From NCBI GenBank assembly GCA_050250895.1, contig JBFWNU010000001.1:1160008-1224007 (forward strand): a stretch of DNA of 64,000 bases, written 5' to 3'. Below the pieces are notes generated by a model that saw only the letters and a program-made list of their open reading frames with translations, made no database searches and was not told the DNA's origin. The translations under genes were made by a program, and so were the position numbers. Position 1 is the first letter of the stretch. Each line of letters starts with the position of its first letter. Of this stretch, positions 41,414 to 50,795 are shown in pieces. This DNA is from Vulcanimicrobiota bacterium (GTDB taxonomy: Bacteria; Vulcanimicrobiota; Xenobia; Xenobiales; JADMJV01).

Positions 41414-42475
41414 TCAGCCGAGCGTCACGGGGCGCCGCCGGGGGCCCCAGTGGCCCGGCTGGTCGCGCAAGTGGCCGGCGATCCGACGGCCGCATCCCAA
41501 GCAGGCGCCGCCTCGGATGCGATAGGCACCCAGCTGATGCCAATCTCGCTCAATCACCACCTGTCCGCAGCCGGGGCAGTAGGTGGATTGGCTCTCCGGG
41601 TCGTGGATATTGCCGGTATAGACATAGTGAAGCCCGACCTCGATGGCCTGATGTCGGGCCCGGAGCACGGTTTCGGCCGGCGTTTTCGGGGTGTCCATCA
41701 TCTTGAAATCGGGATGAAAGGCGGTGAAGTGGAGGGGGACATCGGGCCCCAGGTGGGTGTTCACCCACTCACTGAGCTTCTGGACTTCGTCGGGAGAGTC
41801 ATTCTGGCCGGGAATGAGCAGGGTGGTGATCTCCACCCAGGCGTCGGTTTGATGGACCAGGTATTCCAGGGTCTCGAGCACGGGAGTCAACTGGCTAAAG
41901 CACAGCTTCTCATAGAACGTCTCGGTAAACGCTTTGAGGTCGACATTGACGGCGTCGAAGGGGCTAAAGAACTCCGACCGTGCCTCCTCGGTGATATAGC
42001 CGGCGGTGACGGCCACTGTCTTGATGCCTTGCTGCCGGCAGGCGCGAGCGGTGTCGATGGCATACTCGGCCCAGATGACGGGATCGTTATAAGTGAAGGC
42101 TACGCTGGTGCAGCCGTTGACCACGGCCGCGCGGGCGATCTGCTCGGGGCTGGCGGTGGCGCTGAGCTTCTCGATTTCGCGAGCCTTACTGATGTTCCAG
42201 TTCTGGCAGAAGCGACAGCCCAGGTTGCAGCCGGCGGTGCCGAACGACAGGACCGGCGTGCCCGGATAAAAGTGCGCCAGTGGTTTTTTTTCGATGGGAT
42301 CGATACAAAAGCCGGTGCTGCGGCCGTAGGTGGTCAAGACGAGGGCGTCGTCCTGTCGTTGGCGGACGAAGCAAAAGGCGCGCTGTCCCTCATTCAAACG
42401 GCAGTGACGAGGGCAAAGATTGCACTGCAGGCGCCCGTCGTCGAGCCTGGTCCACCAGCGGGCCGGGCTAGACAT
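41414..42475 (-). CDS. amrS: AmmeMemoRadiSam system radical SAM enzyme
   Basis: CNLCPRHC, DPIEKKPLAHFYPG, GCNLGCRFCQNW, AFTYNDP, TYCPGCG. Confidence 0.92.
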   Translation of the reverse strand: MSSPARWWTRLDDGRLQCNLCPRHCRLNEGQRAFCFVRQRQDDALVLTTYGRSTGFCIDPIEKKPLAHFYPGTPVLSFGTAGCNLGCRFCQNWNISKAREIEKLSATASPEQIARAAVVNGCTSVAFTYNDPVIWAEYAIDTARACRQQGIKTVAVTAGYITEEARSEFFSPFDAVNVDLKAFTETFYEKLCFSQLTPVLETLEYLVHQTDAWVEITTLLIPGQNDSPDEVQKLSEWVNTHLGPDVPLHFTAFHPDFKMMDTPKTPAETVLRARHQAIEVGLHYVYTGNIHDPESQSTYCPGCGQVVIERDWHQLGAYRIRGGACLGCGRRIAGHLRDQPGHWGPRRRPVTLG

Positions 42476-43508
42476 TGAAGCGGATATTCAGAATCTCTCC
42501 GTCCACCACAATGTATTCTTTGCCCTCGACCCGGAGTTTTCCCTGGTTTTTGGCTTCACTGAGGCTGCCGCACTGCATGAAGGTGTCATAGTGAATCACC
42601 TCGGCGCGAATGAAGCCGCGCTGCAGGTCGCTGTGGATCTCTCCTGCCGCCTCAGGGGCGGTGGCCCCGATGTCGGTGGTCCAGGCCCGCACTTCGTCCT
42701 CACCCACGGTGAAGAAAGTCATCAAGCCCAGCTGTTGATAGCCGGCCCGCACCATTTGCGAGAGTCCGGTTTCTTCAATGCCCATGCTCTCCATGAACTC
42801 GGCCCGCTCTTCCTCTGGCAGTTGGCTGATTTCGGCCTCGAGCAGGGCGCAGGCGGCCAGGCTCTGGCTGTTGCGCGAGCGGGCGAATTCGTGCACGGCC
42901 GCCACCTTGTCGTCAGGGTTCTGCAGTTGCTCCTCGGATAGATTGGCGGCGAAGATCCGTGGCTTGAGCGACAATAGACCCAGACCCGAAAGAAGCTTCT
43001 TCTCTTCCTCGTTGAGGTCGGGTAGATCGGCGGCCCGGCCTTCGGCCAGGGGTCCCTGCAGCTTTTCGAGCACCTCTTGCTCGCCGGGCAGCAGCTTTTT
43101 CTTGCGCTCCAGTTTGCCCTCGACGATCTTGAGGTCGGCCAGCATCAGCTCCATCTCGAAGTCTTCCATATCCTGGGTGGGCTTGGCCGCTCCCAGATAG
43201 GGGTGGTCGAAGCAGCGCACCACTTCGACCAGCGCGGTGGCCGTGCGCAACTCCCCCAGGGCTTGGGCACCGAGGCCGCCGCTGCCTCCCCCCGGCATGT
43301 CGATGAAGTCGATCTGGGTGGGGGTGGTCTTCTTGGGGTTGAAGATGGCCGACAGGGCCCCCACTCTGGGGTCGGGTACGGCTGCCCGGGCCCGGGGGGC
43401 GCCGCCGCCCTTCTTGTGTTGTTCTTCGCTTCCCAGAGCGGTGAGAGCCGAAAAGAAGGTCGATTTGCCGGCCTGAGCCAGGCCGGTGATTCCGATTGCT
43501 AGTGACAT
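42468..43508 (-). CDS. ychF: Redox-regulated ATPase YchF
   Basis: GLAQAGKSTFF, VPDPR, FFTVGEDEVRAW, IHSDLQRGFIRAEV, EGKEYIVVDGEILNIRFNV. Start at ATG 43508. Confidence 0.92.
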   Translation of the reverse strand: MSLAIGITGLAQAGKSTFFSALTALGSEEQHKKGGGAPRARAAVPDPRVGALSAIFNPKKTTPTQIDFIDMPGGGSGGLGAQALGELRTATALVEVVRCFDHPYLGAAKPTQDMEDFEMELMLADLKIVEGKLERKKKLLPGEQEVLEKLQGPLAEGRAADLPDLNEEEKKLLSGLGLLSLKPRIFAANLSEEQLQNPDDKVAAVHEFARSRNSQSLAACALLEAEISQLPEEERAEFMESMGIEETGLSQMVRAGYQQLGLMTFFTVGEDEVRAWTTDIGATAPEAAGEIHSDLQRGFIRAEVIHYDTFMQCGSLSEAKNQGKLRVEGKEYIVVDGEILNIRFNV

Positions 43509-43595
43509 GGTGGGCGGGGGTTTCCCGGCTGCGGATTGCATCCCTGCCATCGGTTTGAAAGGGCCGGATAACGGGCAAGCCGAATGGGTCGCGTC

Positions 43596-46500
43596 ATGTG
43601 TGGAATCGCTGGAATCGTATACCATCCGCAAGCGGAGTTTAATTTTGACGGAAATGGCTTTCGGCAATCGCTAACCAGGCTGACTGAGGTCCGGCCTGGT
43701 TCGTGCCAGCCTCAGGATTGCCTTACCCTGGTCGCAGAGCTTGAGCAGGCGGCTGCCGCTCTCAAGGAATTTCCGGCGATCTCCCGTCTGTATCAAGAAA
43801 TCGGCCTGCGCGATCTGCTGCGCCAGGCCGCCCAACAGCTGGGCGATTGGGAAGAGACCTGCACCCGCGCCCTGGTGGCCGGCGGCGCGAACTTCAGCTC
43901 GGATGTGGTCGAGCAGTGGAACGCCATCTGGGTCCGCTGTCGCGATCTGGCCTGGGGACTCGAAGTAGATGCCCTCTCGTGCGTCCACCGCATGGAACGC
44001 TTGCTGGCCGAACAGGCCAAGCTCGGTCCTCGCCAACTCTTCGAGGCCTGGAAGCTGGCCGTAGTGCTCGAGAATATCGGGCGGATGGAAGTGCGCGGCC
44101 GTGACTCGCTCGGGATCTCTCTCACCGTTACGGTTTCTCGGCCCGACTACGAGACTTTTCGTCGCTCGCTGATTAGCGACGGCCTCGACGAGACTTTTCA
44201 AGAGCGCCTTGGCATCCGCGACTTCGTCAACGGCGCCCTGTTGCTCGACGAGACCGGTCCCAGTCTGGTATTCACCTACAAGGTTGCCCAAGAGGTAGGC
44301 GCCCTGGGCGACAACGTCAACGCCCTGTACGCTCACATTTCGGCCGATCCCATCCTGTGGCAGATTACCGACCTCGATTCAGCCTCGACCGACCTCTTTT
44401 CCCACACCCGTTGGGCTTCTAACGGCATCATTTCTGAACCCAACTGCCACCCGGTGGACGAGGCGACCCTGACCAGGAACGGTGTGGTTAAAGTCAACCC
44501 GGCTCCCCACCGGGTGACGGTATGCCTCAACGGCGACGTCGACAACTATCAAGAACTCTCCACCCGACTGGCGGCCGAAACCAACCGCATCATCAGTTCG
44601 CGAGTGAGCACCGACAGCAAGATCATTCCGGTGCTCGTCGATCACCATTTTCGCCAGACCCAGGATATGCGCGAAGCCTTCTGTCGCGCCGTGAGCGAGT
44701 GCGAGGGCTCGATCGCCATCGTGATGCAGAATAGCGGTGAGCCCGGCCGCACTTATCTGGCCTTGCGAGGCTCGGGGCAATCGCTGTTCGTGGGTTTGAT
44801 GCGGGGCGGCTATGTTTTCGCCTCAGAACTCTACGGAGTGGTCGAGCAAACCAGCCACTTCTTGCGTATGGACGGAACCGGCGAGCGGGAGGCCGGCCGG
44901 CCCGAAACCGCTGGCCAGGTGCTGGTGCTCGACCTCGATGGTCGAGGTGAGCTGGCGGCCGTGGGAGCCTGGTCTTTTGACGGACAGCCTATGAGTCTGA
45001 CCGACAAAGACGTCAAAACGGCCGAGATCACTACGCGCGACATCGACCGCAAGAACTTCACTCACTATCTTCACAAGGAGATTTCCGAGTCGCCCAATTC
45101 GGTGGCTCAGACCGTGCGCGGCAAGTTCGTGCTCGACAAAGACGGGCAGAACTACCAGGTTCGCATGAATCTGGGCGAGGCCGTCATGCCGGCCGAGATC
45201 CTTGAGCGCCTGCGTAGCGGCGCCATTCGCCGGGTCTATTGGATCGGCCAGGGAACGGCCGCCGTAGCCGGTCAAGCGGTGGCCAACATGATGGAGCGGC
45301 TTTTTGGCTCGCGTCTTTCGGTGCAGGCACTCAAAGCCACCGAGCTGTCGGGTTACTTGATGACCAGCTCGATGGACGATGCTCTCATCATCGCCATCTC
45401 GCAGTCGGGCACCACCACCGATACCAATCGGACCGTCGATATGGCTCGCGAACGCGGAGCCTCGGTCGTCGGCATCGTCAACCGCCGCAACTCTGACCTG
45501 GTCTACAAGGTCCAGGGTGTGCTCTACACCAGTGACGGCCGTGACATCGAGATGTCGGTGGCCTCGACCAAAGCCTTCTACAGCCAGGTAGTAGCCGGCT
45601 ATATCCTGACCTATCACATGGCCCTGGCTCTCGAGGTGGTCTCGCAAGAAGAGGTCTATTATGAGTTGGCCGAGCTGGCTCGCCTGCCCGACCTGATGAA
45701 GTCGGTGCTCGAGCGTCAAGAGACGGTGCGCGAGCTGGCCCGTAAGTTTGCCCCTACCCGGCGCGACTGGGCCGTGGTGGGTAGCGGCTCGACCCGCTCG
45801 GCCGCCAACGAGATTCGCATCAAACTGGCCGAGTTGTGTTACAAGTCGATCGCCACCGACCACATCGAAGATAAGAAGCACATCGACCTGTCGAGCGAGC
45901 CACTGACCCTGGTCTGCGCCGCCGGCCTGAGTCTGGTCGCCCTCAAAGACGCGGTCAAAGAGATTGCCATCTTCCGTTCCCACAAGTCGATTCCGATCGT
46001 GGTTTGCTCAGAAGGGTTCGATGCCTTCGAGGCCTATGCCGACGGGGTCGTCTATGTGCCCAAAGCCTCCGAGAACGCCTCGCTGCTGCTCAACGTAGTG
46101 GTGGGTCACCTGTGGGGTTACTACTGCGCCCTGGCCATCGATGAGGGAGCCGAGCGACTGCGCCAGGCGCGCGCCACCGCCGTGGAGTACATCACCGGCG
46201 ATGACGAGAGCTTCGGTAGCCGCTCGCTGCGCCGCATCATGGTTCAGGCTCGCCAGTTTCAGCACGACCTGGTGCAAGGCCGCTTCAACAGCAGCCTGTC
46301 GGTGCAGGTGGCCTCTGAGCTGACCTCGCTGCTGGGCTATCTGGGCGGGGCGCGCTCGCTGCGCCAGTTCAGCGAAGAGTTCCAGGCTCGGGGCACGCCG
46401 GCCGGATTGGCGGCCACCTTGATCACGGTGTTGTCGAAGGCGATTCATGAGCTGAGTCGTCCCATCGACGCCATCAAGCATCAGGCCAAGACCATCACGG

Positions 46501-47120
46501 TGGGCATCTCGCGTCTCGAAGAGAGCTTCGACGGAGCTTTGTTTGACGCCATTCGTGGCGTGGGGCTGGCGGTCGATGCCGTGCCCTACCGCGACGCCGT
46601 GCTGTTGCGAGCCCTGACCCCGGCCGTGCAAGAAGTCAGCGGCACCACCTGCTATCGAGTCGAGGGCTTGGGCCCGCTGGGCGAACCCGAACCTTCTTCG
46701 ACCGTGACGGTGTTGCGAAAAGAGGGCCTGGCTGCTGGCATCGTATCCCGAGCCGACAAGGGCTATCCATTGGTAGGCACCAAAGAGTGGGCGGTTCGTT
46801 CTTGCAGCCTGTACCTCGGTCGGGGCAGCCGCGACCGGCGCTCGATTGCCATCGTGCCCATCGTGCCTCGCGGACGGGTCGAGAAGCTGGTCTTGCTGCA
46901 CCTCAACTTCGACAAGGAGCTGCCCCTCGACAAGAAGGTGGCCGTCATGCGCGACTTTCGTCAGCGCTATGACGACCTGCGCAGCATGGTCACCGAGACC
47001 GACCTCGAGTGGCGCGACGAGTTTCTCGACTGGTTTACGGTCGAAGAGCTGTTGGCCCGCAGTATCAGGGAATTGAGCCGTTCGATCCTCAATCGCCTGA
47101 AAGCGCCCTCCCAGGCTTGA
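43596..47120 (+). CDS. Extended glutamine--fructose-6-phosphate aminotransferase-like protein (class II GATase + 2 SIS + extra domains)
   Basis: MCGIAG N-terminal Cys, EVRGRDSLG, HTRWAS, SQSGTT, VASTKAF, HQAKTITVG; 1174 aa. Confidence 0.85.
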   Translation: MCGIAGIVYHPQAEFNFDGNGFRQSLTRLTEVRPGSCQPQDCLTLVAELEQAAAALKEFPAISRLYQEIGLRDLLRQAAQQLGDWEETCTRALVAGGANFSSDVVEQWNAIWVRCRDLAWGLEVDALSCVHRMERLLAEQAKLGPRQLFEAWKLAVVLENIGRMEVRGRDSLGISLTVTVSRPDYETFRRSLISDGLDETFQERLGIRDFVNGALLLDETGPSLVFTYKVAQEVGALGDNVNALYAHISADPILWQITDLDSASTDLFSHTRWASNGIISEPNCHPVDEATLTRNGVVKVNPAPHRVTVCLNGDVDNYQELSTRLAAETNRIISSRVSTDSKIIPVLVDHHFRQTQDMREAFCRAVSECEGSIAIVMQNSGEPGRTYLALRGSGQSLFVGLMRGGYVFASELYGVVEQTSHFLRMDGTGEREAGRPETAGQVLVLDLDGRGELAAVGAWSFDGQPMSLTDKDVKTAEITTRDIDRKNFTHYLHKEISESPNSVAQTVRGKFVLDKDGQNYQVRMNLGEAVMPAEILERLRSGAIRRVYWIGQGTAAVAGQAVANMMERLFGSRLSVQALKATELSGYLMTSSMDDALIIAISQSGTTTDTNRTVDMARERGASVVGIVNRRNSDLVYKVQGVLYTSDGRDIEMSVASTKAFYSQVVAGYILTYHMALALEVVSQEEVYYELAELARLPDLMKSVLERQETVRELARKFAPTRRDWAVVGSGSTRSAANEIRIKLAELCYKSIATDHIEDKKHIDLSSEPLTLVCAAGLSLVALKDAVKEIAIFRSHKSIPIVVCSEGFDAFEAYADGVVYVPKASENASLLLNVVVGHLWGYYCALAIDEGAERLRQARATAVEYITGDDESFGSRSLRRIMVQARQFQHDLVQGRFNSSLSVQVASELTSLLGYLGGARSLRQFSEEFQARGTPAGLAATLITVLSKAIHELSRPIDAIKHQAKTITVGISRLEESFDGALFDAIRGVGLAVDAVPYRDAVLLRALTPAVQEVSGTTCYRVEGLGPLGEPEPSSTVTVLRKEGLAAGIVSRADKGYPLVGTKEWAVRSCSLYLGRGSRDRRSIAIVPIVPRGRVEKLVLLHLNFDKELPLDKKVAVMRDFRQRYDDLRSMVTETDLEWRDEFLDWFTVEELLARSIRELSRSILNRLKAPSQA

Positions 47121-47145
47121 CCGACCAGGGTCAAGTCTCTATAAT
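47117..47145 (+). promoter_or_regulatory. Sigma70 promoter of the tRNA operon
   Basis: TTGACC-17 nt-TATAAT ending 9 nt before the first tRNA. Confidence 0.85.
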
Positions 47146-47154
47146 GGGGTTCTT

Positions 47155-47227
47155 GGGCCTATAGCTCAGCGGTTAGAGCACCCGGCTCATAACCGGTCGG
47201 TCCCTGGTTCAAATCCAGGTGGGCCCA
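47155..47227 (+). tRNA. tRNA with CAT anticodon, probably tRNA-Ile2 (lysidine type)
   Basis: Cloverleaf GGGCCTA...TGGGCCC-A; anticodon loop CTCATAA; paired 1-72 and no GGG/CCC initiator stem. Ile2 versus elongator Met is judged from sequence style. Confidence 0.9.
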
Positions 47228-47259
47228 TTTTCAGAAAACTAAATAAGAGTGACTTTCGT

Positions 47260-47333
47260 GGCCCGGTGGTCTAGCGGTGTAGGACGTCGGCCTTTCAAGC
47301 CGAAGATCGCGGGTTCAAATCCCGTCCGGGTCA
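47260..47333 (+). tRNA. tRNA-Glu (TTC)
   Basis: Acceptor GGCCCGG/CCGGGTC; anticodon arm TCGGC-CTTTCAA-GCCGA; T-loop TTCAAAT. Confidence 0.93.
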
Positions 47334-47344
47334 CTTTTTATTTT

Positions 47345-47418
47345 GGGCGGATAGCTCAGTTGGCTAGAGCATCTGGTTTACACCCAGGGGGTCGGGGGTT
47401 CAAGTCCCTCTCCGCCCA
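47345..47418 (+). tRNA. tRNA-Val (TAC)
   Basis: Acceptor GGGCGGA/TCCGCCC; anticodon loop TTTACAC; T-loop TTCAAGT. Confidence 0.95.
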
Positions 47419-47426
47419 CTAGCCGC

Positions 47427-47453
47427 AAAACCCCGCAGTCACCGGGGTTTTTT
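47427..47453. terminator. Bidirectional intrinsic terminator
   Basis: AAAACCCCG-loop-CGGGGTTTTTT between the tRNA operon and the convergent TPR gene. Confidence 0.85.
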
Positions 47454-48546
47454 ACTTTTCCAGCAGGCGACTGCGCAGTTCGAGAAACTCTGGCCTGGCT
47501 TCCAGCGCGATGGCTTTGTCCACATCCTCAAGAGCCGCCTCTTTGCGACCCAGAGCCTCGAGCACCTCGGCCCGGGCCACCAGACGCTCGGGCGACGATT
47601 CTAGTTCGATGGCGGCATCGAAGTCGCGCAAAGCCTCGGGCAGGCGTCCCAACCCGGCGTAGAAGCCGGCCCGCGAGGTGCGCACATCGGCCGAATCGGG
47701 GGCCAGACTGACGGCCTTGTCGAGGTCGTAGATGGCCCGCGAGACCCGGCCCAGGCGAGCCAGCAACTCGCCCCGAGCAGCATACACCAGGGGGCGACCG
47801 GGGTCGAGTTCGATGGCCTGATCGTAATCGGCCAGGGCCCGCTTGTCTTGCTGTAGCGCCTGATAGGCTTCGGCTCGGCCCGCATAAGTAAAGGGGTTGG
47901 TAGGATCCAGCGCGATAGCCCGGTCGAAGTCGGACAGGGCCGTGGCCGGGTCGTGGCTCAGGCGCAACTGCGCTCTGGTGTGATAGGCGGCGGCCAGATT
48001 GGGAGCCAGGGCCAGGGCCGCCTGGCAGTCTTCGAGAGCCTGGTTCAGTTGGCCGAGTTCGCCCCGGGCATAGGCCCGCCCGGCTAGAGCCAGGGCCAGT
48101 TGCGGATTGAGCGAGAGGGCCTGGCTGTGGCTGTCGGCCGCCTCTTGGAAGCGCCCCAGGTCAGAGAGTGCGTAGCCCCGGGCCAGCAACAGCTCGGGGT
48201 CGCCGGGCCGCACGACCATGGCTTGTTCGAGCGAGGCAAGGGCTTCGTCGGGGCGGTCCAGGCGGCCCAGGATTTCGGCTCGCAGGGCCAGGCTGTCGGC
48301 ATCCGCGGGTTGGGCGCTAAGCGAGCGGTCGAGTTGCTCGAGGGCCGGGCTGACCCGCCCCAACTGCAGCAAGATCGAGGCCATCTCGCGATGAGCCAAC
48401 CCTGGCTGGCGGTCGGCCAGGCGTTCGAACGCCTCGAAGGCCTGGGTGAGCTTGCCCGCCTGACGCAACCGATAGGCCTCGTCGAGCGGGGTTTGGGCCA
48501 ACCCCGGCAGAGCCAACAACATGATGAGCCACAGAATCCGGGCCAT
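47452..48546 (-). CDS. Secreted TPR-repeat protein
   Basis: Signal peptide followed by about nine canonical TPRs (ALADYDQAIELDP). Confidence 0.9.
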   Translation of the reverse strand: MARILWLIMLLALPGLAQTPLDEAYRLRQAGKLTQAFEAFERLADRQPGLAHREMASILLQLGRVSPALEQLDRSLSAQPADADSLALRAEILGRLDRPDEALASLEQAMVVRPGDPELLLARGYALSDLGRFQEAADSHSQALSLNPQLALALAGRAYARGELGQLNQALEDCQAALALAPNLAAAYHTRAQLRLSHDPATALSDFDRAIALDPTNPFTYAGRAEAYQALQQDKRALADYDQAIELDPGRPLVYAARGELLARLGRVSRAIYDLDKAVSLAPDSADVRTSRAGFYAGLGRLPEALRDFDAAIELESSPERLVARAEVLEALGRKEAALEDVDKAIALEARPEFLELRSRLLEK

Positions 48547-48563
48547 CCTCAGATATTCTGGTT

Positions 48564-50456
48564 CTAGTGGACCTCAATCCTCTTGCTTTCGGCCGGGCGG
48601 CTCTCGTTGCCCTCGTCATCGACGGCGGTGACGAACACCCGATAGCTGCCGGGGCGGACCGGACCTGTCTCGAGACGGGTTTCTTCGGTGCGCAAGGGGA
48701 TTCGCAGCTTCTCTGCGGCGGGAACGCAATAGACCTTATAGCTCTCGGCTTCGACCTTATTCCAATGGATCACGAGGTGGTCGCCTTCCTGGGTCACGGC
48801 TAAGCCTTGCGGGGCGGCCGGCGGGGTGCGGTCCTTGGGCATACCATGCTCGGGCCACGACGGAGCCCCGGTCTGGCCGTCGCTGGTGACGCCGGTGACC
48901 ACTACCCAGTAGGTCTGGTTGTTTTGCAGGCCGCGCACCTCGGCCGGCGAGGATTTGACCGTGACCGTTTGGGTGGCCGTGAAAGGATCGGGACCGACCG
49001 TGACCCGGTAAGAGTCGGCCGTCAGGCTGTCGGCTTTCCAGCGAACCTCGAGACCCTGCTCGAGCGGTTTGAGCTCGACCTCGGTCACCTGCGAAGGGGT
49101 GGTTTCGTCGGGGGTGCGCAGGCTTTGGGTGAGCGCCTTCGTGGCCGCGCTGGGGGTCTTGCCCATCAGCCTGGCATAGGCGTGATAGGTGGTGGCCTTG
49201 TTAAGCCCGGTACCCTCGAAGGTGGTGGTGTTGCCCTCCTGCTTGACCCGGCGCAGTTGGGCCCGGGGCAGTTGTTGCCAGCGGTTGGTGGGTAAGCTGC
49301 GGTCCGTGATGCGAAAGTCGAAGATGACCTGGTCGCTCAGTGGGCTCGATTGGATCTCGACCTGATAGCGCCCGCCCCCCTGGGGAGTCACGGTCAACTT
49401 GTCCAGGTGGCCCTGGAAATTGCCGGGAGGGGTCCCCAGCAGGTCGGGATAGACCGTCTTGAGCGAGGGCTCCGAAAAGGCTCGCGTATAGGGAACGCCC
49501 TCCAACAACTGGTTCTGGTCATTGAGGAACAGAGCCAGGTCGGGCTGGTCGGGCGAGAGATATTCCAGGAAGAAAAGGTGGAAGGCACCCGTCCTGGCGG
49601 CCGGGCCTACGCTATCGTCGAGGGCTTGCACGTGCCAGCGCAGCCAGGGCGAGCGGTCGGCCCTTTCGGTGGCATAGTTCCACAAAGTGAGAAAGCTTTC
49701 GAACATGATGCCGTCGACAGCCTGGCCGTAGCCGGGGCCGTCATCGAGTAAGAACAGGCCACGGTTGGCGATCATGAATTGGTTCGGATAGCGCTCCCGC
49801 AGGGCTTTGACCAGTTCGAGCATGCCCGGCCGGGTGGCTCCGTACTCGCCCCAGGGCGAGGCGGTGTCGACGGTATCGAGAAAATAACCGTCGACCCCCA
49901 GGCCCTTGAGATAGTCGAACTTGTCAAACACGATACTGCGCCATTGGGGGTCGTCGGCTCGCACGTAGTAACTGCCCCACACGCCGTTCTCGTCCGGTAG
50001 GCCATCCTGGCCGGGCTCGGTGAGCGGCTGGCTGTCGTTGCCTTGCTCGACGAATCCGTCTTCGGTGAAGTGGTAGCGAACCTGGTCGAGGTACCGCAAC
50101 GGATAGTCGTTGTCGCTTGTCTGCCACGTCTGATGGAAATAGCTCGGTCCGGCCTGTTTCGGGCCGGGGGCGGGAGGGCCGGCCGGGACCTCGGGGTCTT
50201 CGCCGATCGAGACATACCCGATCACGATGGTCTTGCCGCCGTTCTTGAGAGCCTTCACCTTTTGCGGGGTCAGGTTCTCGCGTTCGTCGCCGGGGTGCAC
50301 GATGACCAGGTCAAAGCTGCGCAACCTGGCGATGGACTCGGGGTTCAAGTCACCGTAATAAACCATATAGGTCGCGGGCGGCCAACTGGGATGCGAGGGT
50401 TGGGCCCAGACGGGACCCAGCAGGAGCGCCAGCAGAAGAGGCAAGGCATATTTCAT
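48564..50456 (-). CDS. Secreted endo-alpha-1,4-polygalactosaminidase-like (GH114/GH166, PelA-like) protein with FN3 domains
   Basis: Signal peptide; VYYG, IGYVSIGE, DGYFLDTVD, IANRG, DGIMFESF; C-terminal FN3-like repeats. Confidence 0.8.
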   Translation of the reverse strand: MKYALPLLLALLLGPVWAQPSHPSWPPATYMVYYGDLNPESIARLRSFDLVIVHPGDERENLTPQKVKALKNGGKTIVIGYVSIGEDPEVPAGPPAPGPKQAGPSYFHQTWQTSDNDYPLRYLDQVRYHFTEDGFVEQGNDSQPLTEPGQDGLPDENGVWGSYYVRADDPQWRSIVFDKFDYLKGLGVDGYFLDTVDTASPWGEYGATRPGMLELVKALRERYPNQFMIANRGLFLLDDGPGYGQAVDGIMFESFLTLWNYATERADRSPWLRWHVQALDDSVGPAARTGAFHLFFLEYLSPDQPDLALFLNDQNQLLEGVPYTRAFSEPSLKTVYPDLLGTPPGNFQGHLDKLTVTPQGGGRYQVEIQSSPLSDQVIFDFRITDRSLPTNRWQQLPRAQLRRVKQEGNTTTFEGTGLNKATTYHAYARLMGKTPSAATKALTQSLRTPDETTPSQVTEVELKPLEQGLEVRWKADSLTADSYRVTVGPDPFTATQTVTVKSSPAEVRGLQNNQTYWVVVTGVTSDGQTGAPSWPEHGMPKDRTPPAAPQGLAVTQEGDHLVIHWNKVEAESYKVYCVPAAEKLRIPLRTEETRLETGPVRPGSYRVFVTAVDDEGNESRPAESKRIEVH

Positions 50457-50525
50457 GCCGGCTTGTTTTGAGCGAGGTTCCGATCCTCCTACCGACGAAT
50501 GGCGGCGCCCACAAAGGAGATTGCT

Positions 50526-50756
50526 ATGAAAGACAACATGACCAAGATTTTCCTGGGGGCGCTGGCCCTGCTGACCCTGTCCAACTTCCTGGCCGGCCCG
50601 GCCGTCAGTATCGCTCAGGGGGCGGGCGTGGCCCTGGCCCCGGCCACCTCGGCCGATGGCAACCCGGCCTGCTGGATCGCCGTCGGCAACAAACTCTACT
50701 TCGTGAGTAAGGATGACACCACCGTACTCAAGGTGAAAGCCTCGGGATCGTTGTAA
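50526..50756 (+). CDS. Small secreted hypothetical protein
   Basis: AGGAGA RBS; signal peptide-like N-terminus; 76 aa. Confidence 0.7.
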   Translation: MKDNMTKIFLGALALLTLSNFLAGPAVSIAQGAGVALAPATSADGNPACWIAVGNKLYFVSKDDTTVLKVKASGSL

Positions 50757-50795
50757 AAAGAGGTCTCGGCTCGACCAGTCGTCAATTCCCCTAGT

